Below the pieces are notes generated by a model. That model did no database searches. It was not told where the DNA came from and was given only the letters and a program-made list of their open reading frames with translations. This document shows positions 17,897 to 27,448 of a DNA stretch of 64,000 bases, in pieces (within the stretch, counting starts at the first letter, position 1; every line of letters starts with the position of its first letter). The stretch is from positions 219,374 through 283,373 of the IMG/VR virus record IMGVR_UViG_3300049460_000312; one strand, given 5' to 3'. The position numbers were made by a program, and so were the translations under genes.

Positions 17897-18042
17897 AACT
17901 CGCTTGTCGAAAACAAAAAAAAAATAAAGACTCACGGGTTGTGAGCCAAACTCATAGTAATCGACGGCATAAAGGGGAGAGGTGTGACCCTCTCCCCCGA
18001 GCTTCAAGAACCTACGAGAAAAGCTTACACCGATCTACTACG

Positions 18043-18561
18043 TTAAGACAAACGTAAGGTATGCGTGTCCAAAACGTTTTTGACGTGCAAGATGCCACCC
18101 AGCGGAACGTGTTGATTGTCCAGACCAGGGAGTACATTGCCGCTATCCCGGACCACGGGTTCGATATGAGTTTGCCAGAACTCCACCGGACACCCCGCGT
18201 ACGGCTGAAACTGGTCGCCTTCCAGAACTGAGAGGAAAGGCAACTGTCGATCGACGGCTTCGTGAGGGTCACGCAATGCCACCACGTGACGACCCCCACC
18301 TACTACCAAATAGTTACTTTCACACAGCAGTTCGCCACCGATGTAGCCCACCGTCGTACGACAGATGTAATGCATGGGTTGCGTCTTGTACTGGTGAATG
18401 AAGTGCGCCCCGCTCTCGTGAAGACTCTGTAAGAAGTCAAACGCGAGCACTTCTACAAACTTGCACAAACGATTGCGCACGTTGCGATAAAGCATTTCAT
18501 ACTGCTGGAAACGCATCCGGTCCTGCATCGTAACGTGACCACAAACTTCGTTGTTGAACAT
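18043..18561 (-). CDS. Hypothetical protein
   Basis: 172 aa ORF. Confidence 0.7.
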   Translation of the reverse strand: MFNNEVCGHVTMQDRMRFQQYEMLYRNVRNRLCKFVEVLAFDFLQSLHESGAHFIHQYKTQPMHYICRTTVGYIGGELLCESNYLVVGGGRHVVALRDPHEAVDRQLPFLSVLEGDQFQPYAGCPVEFWQTHIEPVVRDSGNVLPGLDNQHVPLGGILHVKNVLDTHTLRLS

Positions 18562-18829
18562 CTCTAGCTACACCTTTCTCTGAGGTTATCGAATAGAAGA
18601 GATTTTCAGGCTGGCTTCTTTCCCTGTCACTATTAGTATCATTTTTATCGTGCTACATTGGCCGTTACTGAATTCTTACGGAAAAACCCTTCCACCAAGA
18701 TTACTGCTTCCTAGTAAAAAATATATTTTCCTCATCTTCTTACTTTTGGTTGATCTCCAGCAACGAGGGATGGATTTCGCCTGCCTCCCCAGGACAGGTG
18801 TCTATCTTTTTTCCTCGCGCCACCCCCGA

Positions 18830-19141
18830 TTACCGTGCTATCGTAATGCCCTTCACACGGGTCTTTCTCAACTGCGGTGCTGCCTGGCGTCGAGATGCCA
18901 AGCGACGCACTTGATGCGCTTTACGGCTTTGCTGCGTGCGCACTTCCTTGTTGATGGCATTCACCCACCCCATCTGGGCATGCATCGTGGTGTTTTCGTA
19001 ACGCGTGTGGCCAGTGGCCCACCAGCTACGCCATGACCAATCCTGATCGGCAGCACTGGCTGCTGAAACCAGTGCCCCGAGCTTCTGTCTAAGCATGGTC
19101 CGTACGGTGGCTGAGCCACCGATCACGAGTACGTTACTCAT
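18830..19141 (-). CDS. Small basic hypothetical protein
   Basis: Start at MSNVLVIGG; Arg/Lys-rich C-terminus. Confidence 0.55.
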   Translation of the reverse strand: MSNVLVIGGSATVRTMLRQKLGALVSAASAADQDWSWRSWWATGHTRYENTTMHAQMGWVNAINKEVRTQQSRKAHQVRRLASRRQAAPQLRKTRVKGITIAR

Positions 19142-19223
19142 TTCTTGTTCTTCCTGTTTTGCGAACTGACTTCGGTCCGTACTATGTTCCTCGCGGTATA
19201 TTCGTGCATATGCACACGGCATA

Positions 19224-19526
19224 CTAGAGATTGCCAAATGTACCAGCAGGCATCCGCGCTTCAGCTTCGGTCACTGCGCGAGCCAATAGGACCTGCCGGG
19301 TAGCACCGGGGGTGGTCAGATAGACGTGCAGCATCGCCAGTAATTCATCCGGTGTGTACTCGCCTTCGAGCAGGATCACCGGTGTGCTGTCTTGCGTACT
19401 GCGCTGATGCCAGAGCGTGTCCGGCGTCTGGTCATTCCAGTCCGGTAGCGGGTCTTTCGTCGCATTCAGAATCACCCGTGCTTCGTCATCCGTCATCTGC
19501 GTGAAATTCATCACGGTCATGATCAT
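19224..19526 (-). CDS. Hypothetical protein
   Basis: 100 aa ORF with a GGAG RBS. Confidence 0.65.
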   Translation of the reverse strand: MIMTVMNFTQMTDDEARVILNATKDPLPDWNDQTPDTLWHQRSTQDSTPVILLEGEYTPDELLAMLHVYLTTPGATRQVLLARAVTEAEARMPAGTFGNL

Positions 19527-19556
19527 CTCCTAAGTGAGGTACGAATAAGGCAACAG

Positions 19557-19693
19557 AGCTGTGTCGTAGGCACAGCTAAAAATGGAAAAGCAAAACCCCC
19601 CGTCAGGCTGGACTGGCTGTCTCTACAACCGCAAGGTCGTAGAGACGCGTCTCAGAGCAGCAGCAAGCTGCTCCATCGAATAGAGTCGGGAGG
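19557..19693 (+). ncRNA. Intergenic multi-hairpin element, candidate small RNA
   Basis: Three hairpins, one capped by GCAA and one by AGCAA on +, plus an enclosing CCCCCCG/CGGGAGG stem. Confidence 0.35.
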
Positions 19694-19701
19694 TAAAAAA
19701 T

Positions 19702-20235
19702 TCAGATCCAGCAGTTCAACTCATCGTCCCAGAACTTGGTCGCGCGGTACGCGCGTTCGAAGTCATAGCCGTCCCACTCGTGGAACTCCATCATGTCGTG
19801 GACTTTGATTCGGTCGTTGTTCAGATACACGGCGCGGATCTTGTTGTAACAGCGCACGATGATTTCCGTATCAGGAATCAGCTGACTCAGGGCCAGGGCA
19901 TCTTGATTGACAGAGAGTGCCGATGCCCACAGCACGAGCGGTCGTTGATGATGACCTTTGATCGCATTCGTGAGCACGATGAGTTCAAACATCGCCTGAT
20001 CACCACCGGCCTGACGGGTGAGTACGAGCTCGTGGCGCTGCTCACGAACCTGACCGCGACTGAGCAGCAAGCGACAGCTCGACGATTGATTGCGCTCGCG
20101 TTGCTCAGCGAACTGCTGGCGGGACTGGGCAATCTGCTCAATGGTGATTTCCAGATCCTTGGCCTTGAGCGTGCTCTCGGGCGTGGTGTCGTGTTCGTAC
20201 AACTCCGTGGTGCCGGGAAACTTCTTTCCAAACAT
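19702..20235 (-). CDS. Hypothetical early protein
   Basis: 177 aa ORF; promoter-like TATATCAC at 20264-20271. Confidence 0.7.
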   Translation of the reverse strand: MFGKKFPGTTELYEHDTTPESTLKAKDLEITIEQIAQSRQQFAEQRERNQSSSCRLLLSRGQVREQRHELVLTRQAGGDQAMFELIVLTNAIKGHHQRPLVLWASALSVNQDALALSQLIPDTEIIVRCYNKIRAVYLNNDRIKVHDMMEFHEWDGYDFERAYRATKFWDDELNCWI

Positions 20236-20332
20236 TGTGTTTCTCCTAGGGGTTTACATGTAGGTGATATATGGTCAGAAGAAGTTAGAAATGGCTCGAC
20301 GGCATAAAAGCCAGCCCGTAGGCCGGCTTTTA

Positions 20333-20557
20333 TTAGTAGTAGACTCGCTCGGCCCACCAGCCCATGTTGTCGATACCGCCGCCAGACGGATTCAGACGAA
20401 TCTGGATACGGATGTCTTTCGACAGTTCCTTCAGGTCATCCGTGATACCACTGGCAATCAACAACACGCGGTAACCACGGAACAGCAAGCGCTTGGCGTA
20501 AGCGCTGACCTCGGGGGCTTGTGCTTCAAAGAGTACGACTTTAGGGAGGGGTCGCAT
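20333..20557 (-). CDS. Hypothetical protein
   Basis: 74 aa ORF. Confidence 0.5.
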   Translation of the reverse strand: MRPLPKVVLFEAQAPEVSAYAKRLLFRGYRVLLIASGITDDLKELSKDIRIQIRLNPSGGGIDNMGWWAERVYY

Positions 20558-20587
20558 GATGGTAGATAAAGGTGATGGAACACACCA

Positions 20588-21022
20588 TTAAGTCATCGCC
20601 ACGCCATTGAGCAGATAGATCTCCCACTCGGATTCGACGTAGAAGACCTTACCTGTCGCGAGTGTGATGAACATCCGGCCCGAGCCCTTGTCTTTAACGG
20701 GAGCGTGTGCGGCATCCGCCACCCAGGCGCTGCCGTTGTACGAGTACGCCACCTGGTTAGGTACATCGTAAATGATATCCGTTGGCGTCGCGGCTGCCTG
20801 GGCGTTCGTCAGTTCCGTCGACGAGGTAATGAAAAACGCCGGTTGCAGAGCGAAGTCGAACTTCAGCTGGTTGGTGCCATCCACTGCGATAAAACCAATC
20901 TTGCCGGCAGCCCCTGACTGAATCGTCTTGTCACGAGCCGTATTGAAAGCGGTTTCAGCAGCGAGCGCGTTAGCCCCATCGGCCAATTGCTTGCCGTTGA
21001 TATTGGGATACGGAACAGCCAT
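20588..21022 (-). CDS. Putative tail/virion accessory protein
   Basis: 144 aa, beta-rich with a YSYNGSAW motif; in an operon with 21026 and 21436. Confidence 0.6.
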   Translation of the reverse strand: MAVPYPNINGKQLADGANALAAETAFNTARDKTIQSGAAGKIGFIAVDGTNQLKFDFALQPAFFITSSTELTNAQAAATPTDIIYDVPNQVAYSYNGSAWVADAAHAPVKDKGSGRMFITLATGKVFYVESEWEIYLLNGVAMT

Positions 21023-21025
21023 CTC

Positions 21026-21436
21026 TTAACTCCCTGCGTGAATGACGATGGTGTTGCCAGTCTGGGTATAGCCCAGCACACCGTTGCTGCAGTAGACAAA
21101 GCGACCCGGTCCTACGTCGGCGAGTAGCCGGTTGCCAGTCACCTTGACCCAGGAACCACCACTCCAATCCCAGCGACTGCCGTCACGCAGATCGTAGATA
21201 GACCCGCCTGGGCCCGCCTGCTCGCGTGCTTTCGCATCGGCGAGCTGGGTATCGGTGAGGATAAATTCCCCCAGCGCTACCAGCCCGCCTGCTACCAGGG
21301 TCTTGCTCGCATCGCCTTTGGTAAAATACGTGGCGCTCACACCCAGGGCCGGCACATTAGCTGCGTGATACGTCGCTGCTCGTGACTGAATAGCCGTGGC
21401 TGTGGTGCTTGAGAGTACTGTTTTATTGGAAAGCAT
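21026..21436 (-). CDS. Putative tail/virion accessory protein
   Basis: 136 aa with a RWDWSGGSW motif. Confidence 0.6.
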   Translation of the reverse strand: MLSNKTVLSSTTATAIQSRAATYHAANVPALGVSATYFTKGDASKTLVAGGLVALGEFILTDTQLADAKAREQAGPGGSIYDLRDGSRWDWSGGSWVKVTGNRLLADVGPGRFVYCSNGVLGYTQTGNTIVIHAGS

Positions 21437-22536
21437 TACATGAACCTCCGCACCGTATCGGGTCCGGCGTGAAATGTTTTACCCGTAATCGGGTTATGGA
21501 AGATCCGCCATACGCTCAGGGCTTGCACCATCTGCAGATCGGTCATCACCGCACTGCCGCTCCAGGAGTTGTCCGCGTTCTGGGTCCAGATTTGCTTGTT
21601 AAACAAATCGAAGATATAACGCTGGTCGCCCGTGAACTTGAGCGTTTTGAACAAGGCATTCTGTTGCGATTCGGCGGTGTAACCGTACGCACACGGACCG
21701 CGGAAGATCGCCAGCGACGGATCAGCACTCAGATCCACCGTGAAGTCAGCGCTCGGCTTATACGTCTGGTAACTGGCGCCAAACTCCGTGGTCGAGAAGG
21801 TGATGATGTCACCATTACGGACGATCTTGATACGCGTCGGTCCCAGACTACCCCAGCCCTGACCGGCCGTATTAGCCACATAGCCTGCGGCGGTGGCTGA
21901 TGCGCCATAGCCACCGTTACCGTAGGCAATCTGGTCGCTGGAGAAAAGATTCTTGGCGCCCGTCTTTTGCTGGTAGTTCTTGCCCACGAACCAGGACTTG
22001 CTGTTGCCACCCGGACTACGGATTGCCGTGAGCTTGTTCTCGTAGCCCGTAACCGGATCACGGGCAAAGGCGGCGACCAGACCTACATCGTCATCATCCG
22101 TATTGTCCGATGAGATCTCAACTTCGAGCGTGTACTGGTCGTACTTCTTTTTGCTCACAAAGCCCAGAATCGAGGCTGAGTTAAGCGTACTCATGATCGT
22201 GTCGGTGCCGCTGTCATACGACCAGCTGGAGAGCTCGCTCGGCAGGGCTGGTTGTGCATCCGTGCCAGTCTGGTGCGAAAAGCGATACCAGTTATTGAAC
22301 ACGTCCGCCATCGAGACGGTGCGAGCTTTTTCGTTGGCCAGCTCAGTGGCGTTTTCAGTGATCGAGGCCAGCGTCACGAGCCGGAAAGGTTTGGGTATGC
22401 CGTTGTTATCAGCCTGGATATACGAGCCTTCCTGACTGATCGGGAAAGCAGCTTCCATGCGGGCTTTGGCCTCTGCCTGCACTGCAGCGATCGTGGTCGG
22501 GCTGGCAAGCTGGCCTTGGAGCGGAAATGTGGACAT
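21436..22536 (-). CDS. Putative virion lectin-like protein (TSP C-terminal/L-type lectin-like)
   Basis: SSDNTDDDDVGLVAAF resembles the thrombospondin C-terminal DDD motif; 366 aa. Confidence 0.55.
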   Translation of the reverse strand: MSTFPLQGQLASPTTIAAVQAEAKARMEAAFPISQEGSYIQADNNGIPKPFRLVTLASITENATELANEKARTVSMADVFNNWYRFSHQTGTDAQPALPSELSSWSYDSGTDTIMSTLNSASILGFVSKKKYDQYTLEVEISSDNTDDDDVGLVAAFARDPVTGYENKLTAIRSPGGNSKSWFVGKNYQQKTGAKNLFSSDQIAYGNGGYGASATAAGYVANTAGQGWGSLGPTRIKIVRNGDIITFSTTEFGASYQTYKPSADFTVDLSADPSLAIFRGPCAYGYTAESQQNALFKTLKFTGDQRYIFDLFNKQIWTQNADNSWSGSAVMTDLQMVQALSVWRIFHNPITGKTFHAGPDTVRRFM

Positions 22537-22626
22537 GGCTTTATAAGAAGGGATTGAACATAAAATTACAGGACTAAATACACTTTATGAGCCGTCTCAC
22601 CTTTCTTCCTTTCCCCGGGGTCTACC

Positions 22627-23217
22627 ATGTTGTCCAAGCTGTCTCTCCTTGCACGGTTAGCCGTGATTGCTGTCGCCATCTATCTGTTTCTTGCTGAGAC
22701 CACCGGACCCGTGATGGTCTACTGGGCTGTTGGCGCGGGGATCTGTTTTGCCACACTGTTCAAGCTCAAACGCAAGACCCCGAAGGGCGAGGAAGTGACG
22801 ATGCCCAAGCAGATTCCGACCACCGATGGCCGTGTCGCTTATGCTGGTAAGGCAAAAGCGTTCACCACGTACTTCGGCGGCCGGGACATCGATCCCGAAT
22901 CGATCAGTATGGCAGCGATGCGCCGGGAAGACGGTTATATCGTGGCATTGGATAAGCAGGGTGGCTACGACGAGCTCGTCTTCGTGCTGTTTAACATGAA
23001 GCTGATTCGTGAGCCTGGCAGGCACACCACCATGAATTGGGAGAAGGGTTACCTGACATCGGAAGGCCGATTTGTCTCAGGCAAGAAGGTAATCAAAATC
23101 GCCCAACTCGCCGGCCAGTTGCCAAACGACACGCCGATGGAGCGTCTGTTCTCCATCAGGGATTTGTACCCGGACGAGCCGACTCTGGCCCGGCAGGCAA
23201 TGGCTGTAGTGGGTTAA
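22627..23217 (+). CDS. Membrane-anchored hypothetical protein
   Basis: Two N-terminal hydrophobic segments; C-terminal GYLTSEGRFV...IAQLAGQL...LFSIRDLY phage motif; convergent terminator at 23224-23261. Confidence 0.7.
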   Translation: MLSKLSLLARLAVIAVAIYLFLAETTGPVMVYWAVGAGICFATLFKLKRKTPKGEEVTMPKQIPTTDGRVAYAGKAKAFTTYFGGRDIDPESISMAAMRREDGYIVALDKQGGYDELVFVLFNMKLIREPGRHTTMNWEKGYLTSEGRFVSGKKVIKIAQLAGQLPNDTPMERLFSIRDLYPDEPTLARQAMAVVG

Positions 23218-23261
23218 TCGGAATAAAAAGCAGAGAGCGACCGCTCTCTGCTTTTATGTCG

Positions 23262-23939
23262 TTAAGATGTAAAGGGCGTAGCCTGAGGAGTAAAGGCGCT
23301 GGTGTAAAGAGCCTTCCCTTTTGAAAGACGAACCTCGTCCATATAACCTGGAAAGGTGCCGTTACCATTCTGTACGTTACCAATGATGAGTGGGCCCGTA
23401 TTTACCCCAAACGTTTGTGAGCTCACAAACGAACCCACTAACGCCCCGTTATACCATGCAGACCACGTGTTACCCGATCGCGTAACAGCAAAGTGAAACC
23501 ACTGCCCGGTGACGAGAATGTCATTTACCAACAACTGGGCCTGTCCGGCATTGCCTGCGAGCTTCAGATAAATTTTACGCTGATAGAATTCAATCCAGCA
23601 TCGATTAACCTGATTCATGTCGGGCGATTTTTCTATAAAAACGGTGTCGTTCGCCACCGTCGTCAGATAACACCAGGCCTCCATGGTACAGTCTGCATTG
23701 AACTGCAGGTCAGCTGCATTGGGAGTGGTGACCATCGCGTTCGCGCCAGTCGGCAATAGCGAGGAACCCCCGAACCTGGCCTGAACGGTGCTGAGCGCCG
23801 CACCATTCGAAGCCGTCATCGGGTGACCGTACACGTCAACGATATTGGTTGAGCCGTTTGCCCCGTCGGCATGCAGGAGAAGGGAGGTAAAATTAGCCGC
23901 GACTACCTGACTGCGAGTCGCTAGAAGGGATTCAAACAT
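23262..23939 (-). CDS. LamG/concanavalin-like jelly-roll virion protein
   Basis: LLLHADG...CTMEAW...WFHFAVTR...GYMDEVRLSKG.ALYT..FTP; N-terminus MFESLL. Confidence 0.8.
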   Translation of the reverse strand: MFESLLATRSQVVAANFTSLLLHADGANGSTNIVDVYGHPMTASNGAALSTVQARFGGSSLLPTGANAMVTTPNAADLQFNADCTMEAWCYLTTVANDTVFIEKSPDMNQVNRCWIEFYQRKIYLKLAGNAGQAQLLVNDILVTGQWFHFAVTRSGNTWSAWYNGALVGSFVSSQTFGVNTGPLIIGNVQNGNGTFPGYMDEVRLSKGKALYTSAFTPQATPFTS

Positions 23940-23958
23940 ATCGCTTTTCCCTTTTTCC

Positions 23959-24657
23959 TTAGGAGGTAAATGGTGCGCTCGGCGGCGTGAACGCTGTGGT
24001 GTAAAGCGCTATGCCCTTCACCGTACGAAACTCGTCGATATAGCCGTTATAGTTGAAGGGCTTGGAACTGGTCGTTAATCCCCAGTTACCAATCATCAGA
24101 GGTCCGGCATAATTACCGAAAGTTGCCGAGCTGGTCCGAGTTCCCGCAGCTACTCCATCTATCCACAGCGTATAAAGATTTCCCAGCCGGGTCAACGCGA
24201 TGTGTTGCCATTGACCTGCTTTAAGTGCACCGGCATTCACGATCTTGGTGGCGGGCTGCGGCTCTCCATCCAGTTTCAGATAGGCCGTGCCTTGATAGAA
24301 TTCAATATACGACGACTGTGCAGCACTTGACCAGTTCGACAGATACTTGCAAACCGGCATCGAATCGTAGTTACTGAAATCAATGAGATACGACCAGAAT
24401 TCCAGCGTGAAGTCGGCGTCAAACCGTAACGTAGCATCATCGGTCACGACGATACTCGATGCCCAGTTAGGAAAGGAGGCCGACGCTCCCCCAAATTTAG
24501 AAAACGCGGTAGTGAGGGAGCCTGAGTTCGATGCTGTACACGTCCGACCATGGACGTCGACAATATTGGTCGAACCATTCGTCCCATCAAAATGTAGCAG
24601 CAACCGATTTGGATCAAGCGCCTGTGGTTTTCTGATAGCTAACAAAGCTTCTAACAT
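23959..24657 (-). CDS. LamG-like jelly-roll virion protein
   Basis: LLLHFDG...DFTLEFW...WQHIALTR...GYIDEFR; N-terminus MLEALL. Confidence 0.8.
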   Translation of the reverse strand: MLEALLAIRKPQALDPNRLLLHFDGTNGSTNIVDVHGRTCTASNSGSLTTAFSKFGGASASFPNWASSIVVTDDATLRFDADFTLEFWSYLIDFSNYDSMPVCKYLSNWSSAAQSSYIEFYQGTAYLKLDGEPQPATKIVNAGALKAGQWQHIALTRLGNLYTLWIDGVAAGTRTSSATFGNYAGPLMIGNWGLTTSSKPFNYNGYIDEFRTVKGIALYTTAFTPPSAPFTS

Positions 24658-24666
24658 AATTTATCC

Positions 24667-25965
24667 TTAGCTCGGCGACAAGAACTGCGACGGGTCGAGC
24701 GCAGTCCCTTTAATCAGCCGCACTTTACGGATATAGCCATTGAAATAGCTAGAGGAAATCGCGTCACCGCTATCACCGAGCCAGATAGCGTTCGCAGTCC
24801 CTACCACCTTCACGGTCGTCGCATACGTGGCTTCTTTCACCCCGTTCACATACAGACTCAACGAACCGGCTTTACGCACCAGCGCGAGGCGTGTAGGTGT
24901 ACCGTAGGCAATGCTCGACTGACTCTGCATTACCGGGAACGTACCATTGAAGCCCACGCCGTATTTCGTGGTATCACCAGCACTGTGACCCGCAAAGATC
25001 GACATTGAACCGTTAGCGCCCCAGGTACTGTAGTTACTGAACAGCGCCGGATACTGCACCGACCGCGCTGTTGGGTTGACCACCATTTCAAGCGTGAAGT
25101 CACCCGGCAAAATGAAATCAGGCTGAGTAGCCGTCAGCGTCAGATACTTGGAAGAACCATTCAGCGCAATACCACTTCCCGCTACTGATGCCGCGCCACC
25201 AATGCTGGAGATACTGCGTGTGTAGTGACTGGCGTCCGCGAGCGTGCCGTCCATGGCATTGATATCGAGCAGCGTGTCATAGTGATCGAATGGTGCGGTA
25301 GGTGGAGTGAAATCTCCGTCGTACAGTACTTGCTCCACCATGCGCATTTCATCCAAAAAGCCTGGGAACTGGGAGGCACCGTTGTACTGGTTACCGCCAA
25401 TGGTCCAGGTGCCGGTGGCCAGACCAAAGCCCAGTGCCGAAGCCAGTGTCTGCTGGCCAACTCCGTTGATATAGCCTTTGTAGACCCCTGCTTTCTTGAC
25501 CACCGCCCAGTGATTCCACTGGTTCAGCGGAAAAGCTGAAGTCGGTGCCAACGACTTCCAGCCGGCGCCATCAGTCAGGAAAATGCCCAGGCCCTTGTCA
25601 GACTGCTGGCCAATCGAGGTCTGACCGGTGCTGGTGTTCGCGGTCTTGCAGCTGAACATCGTGGTGTCACCAAACGCGCCATTACGGAACGCCCAGCCTT
25701 CGATCGTAAAGTTATCCGTGAGGACGAGACGGGATGAGCCCGGGAAAGAAAGGTTGCCTGTGCCAGGATTAAGCGCGGCGCCGCCAAACTTGGACTGGGA
25801 GGTACTCAGGGAGCAGCTGTTGGCCGTGGTGACGATGCCGTTCTCTTCCGGCATACTCGTTGAGCCATTGGTTCCGTCAAAGTGGATCAGCATCAACGTT
25901 TTGAGATCGACCGGTAGCACCCCGGTCGCCGGCTTTTTATACGCGGTAAGAAGTGCTTCTAACAT
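24667..25965 (-). CDS. Tandem LamG-like (two-domain) virion protein
   Basis: Two copies of the DFT[IL]E...G[FY][LI] jelly-roll signature; N-terminus MLEALL. Confidence 0.8.
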   Translation of the reverse strand: MLEALLTAYKKPATGVLPVDLKTLMLIHFDGTNGSTSMPEENGIVTTANSCSLSTSQSKFGGAALNPGTGNLSFPGSSRLVLTDNFTIEGWAFRNGAFGDTTMFSCKTANTSTGQTSIGQQSDKGLGIFLTDGAGWKSLAPTSAFPLNQWNHWAVVKKAGVYKGYINGVGQQTLASALGFGLATGTWTIGGNQYNGASQFPGFLDEMRMVEQVLYDGDFTPPTAPFDHYDTLLDINAMDGTLADASHYTRSISSIGGAASVAGSGIALNGSSKYLTLTATQPDFILPGDFTLEMVVNPTARSVQYPALFSNYSTWGANGSMSIFAGHSAGDTTKYGVGFNGTFPVMQSQSSIAYGTPTRLALVRKAGSLSLYVNGVKEATYATTVKVVGTANAIWLGDSGDAISSSYFNGYIRKVRLIKGTALDPSQFLSPS

Positions 25966-26203
25966 ACGGAGAGGCCCAGGAGAATTTAGTTATACACATA
26001 CGATTTACGGCATAAAGACCCGGCTTTGTGCCGGGCTTTTATGGGTAGCTTAAAGAGTGAACGGTGCGGTGGGTGGGGGGAAATGGCAGCCGTATAGACA
26101 GCCACGTCTTTCATGATCTGCACTTCATCGATGTAACCCGGAGAAACTCGTTGATAGAAATTACGGCACAAGGGTCGGGAGAACCCGACCCTATACCTGA
26201 GCT

Positions 26204-27364
26204 TTACTGCAAAACTTCTTTCAATACATTTTCAGTCAGTGACAAACCAGTCACAGTTTTAAGCGTATCGAAGTTGGTTCCGTCATTGCTCCCCTGAATC
26301 ACAAAGTTGGTGGGTTGTTGATTAGCCCCCGTGAGCGCGGCAATCTTGATAGAGTCAAACGAACGCGCCTGCCCCAGATCTATCATCCACCAGTGCGGTG
26401 GTGTCTGGCTTCCAGATGACCAGCGATGCTCCGGAAGCTGATCGATATAACCATCAATTGCATTGCCCGGCGCCTGAGGAAGACCCGTCAGCGCATAGTA
26501 GGTGCTAGCCGTCGCGACAACGCCGCTCTGACGACACCAGTTCGTAGCACTGGCGGTATCGAGAACCTGTACTTCACTCAGTGTAGCGTACCCATTACCC
26601 ACTGGAACAATGCTGTTCAAACGCACATAGCGATACGAGCCGGAGTTCGAGAACGAGGTCGGTGGGGTGAACGAGGCGGCGGTGTAGCGTGCGACACCGT
26701 TAGTAAACCGGAAGGCATCCATCAAGCCCGGGAAAGAAACACCCGTCGGGCCACCCGCCGTGCGGGCACCCACCGTTGGCTTATAAGCGCTGTACCATGG
26801 AATCGCCACAGCACCGATACTGCCCTGAGCAATACGACTGCCGTCCAGGTACAGAGAGATCGTAGTACCCTGCCTTACCGCTGCAATGTGTGACCAGACA
26901 TTCTGCGTCATAGGTACGGATGTAGAGACCAGATCCAGCAACGTGCCTGAATCACCCCGGATTAGTATTCGCGGTTTCGCGCCTGTAGACGTGTTACCTA
27001 CCAGCTCAAACGAAAATATCTGCTGATTGCCGGCAGTCTCGCCCTGGTAGTAAATACCACAGTCGTTGTTCGTCGGAATGTCGCTGATCCGATTGAGGAT
27101 CGCTTCGATCGTCCAGTCGTTGGTGCCGAGGTTAAACTCGCTGGCGTTGGGCGTGGTGTAACACGACAGCGCGCTGCGCAAATCCACAGCGGTGCCATGG
27201 GTATCTGTTGTAAAAGAAGGCGCCCCCGAGGCAGTCATCGGGTGGCCTTTCACATCAGTTCCGTTGCCATTAAACTGCATCAACAGTTTGACATAGGAGA
27301 AGTAAGGATCAGCTGGCGCAACCGGTATGCCCGGCGGCTTTCCAGTCAACAAAAATTCCAACAT
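26204..27364 (-). CDS. LamG-like plus F5/8-type C (discoidin) domain virion protein
   Basis: DWTIEA...WSHIAAVR...DAFRFT followed by NAIDG...WSS...HWWMIDLGQARSF...IQGSNDG; N-terminus MLEFLL. Confidence 0.8.
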   Translation of the reverse strand: MLEFLLTGKPPGIPVAPADPYFSYVKLLMQFNGNGTDVKGHPMTASGAPSFTTDTHGTAVDLRSALSCYTTPNASEFNLGTNDWTIEAILNRISDIPTNNDCGIYYQGETAGNQQIFSFELVGNTSTGAKPRILIRGDSGTLLDLVSTSVPMTQNVWSHIAAVRQGTTISLYLDGSRIAQGSIGAVAIPWYSAYKPTVGARTAGGPTGVSFPGLMDAFRFTNGVARYTAASFTPPTSFSNSGSYRYVRLNSIVPVGNGYATLSEVQVLDTASATNWCRQSGVVATASTYYALTGLPQAPGNAIDGYIDQLPEHRWSSGSQTPPHWWMIDLGQARSFDSIKIAALTGANQQPTNFVIQGSNDGTNFDTLKTVTGLSLTENVLKEVLQ

Positions 27365-27448
27365 AATGCGCACCGGCTAGAATAGAGGACATACGATTTG
27401 CGGCATAAAAGCCCGGGTTGCCCCCGGGCCCTTATGTCCACTAACTGA

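Noticed and set aside
22537-22562. ATGTTCAATCCCTTCTTATAA resembling a decayed MFESLL gene start
   Set aside because: A short match that is out of frame with the downstream gene even after repair; more simply a TATG late-promoter leader
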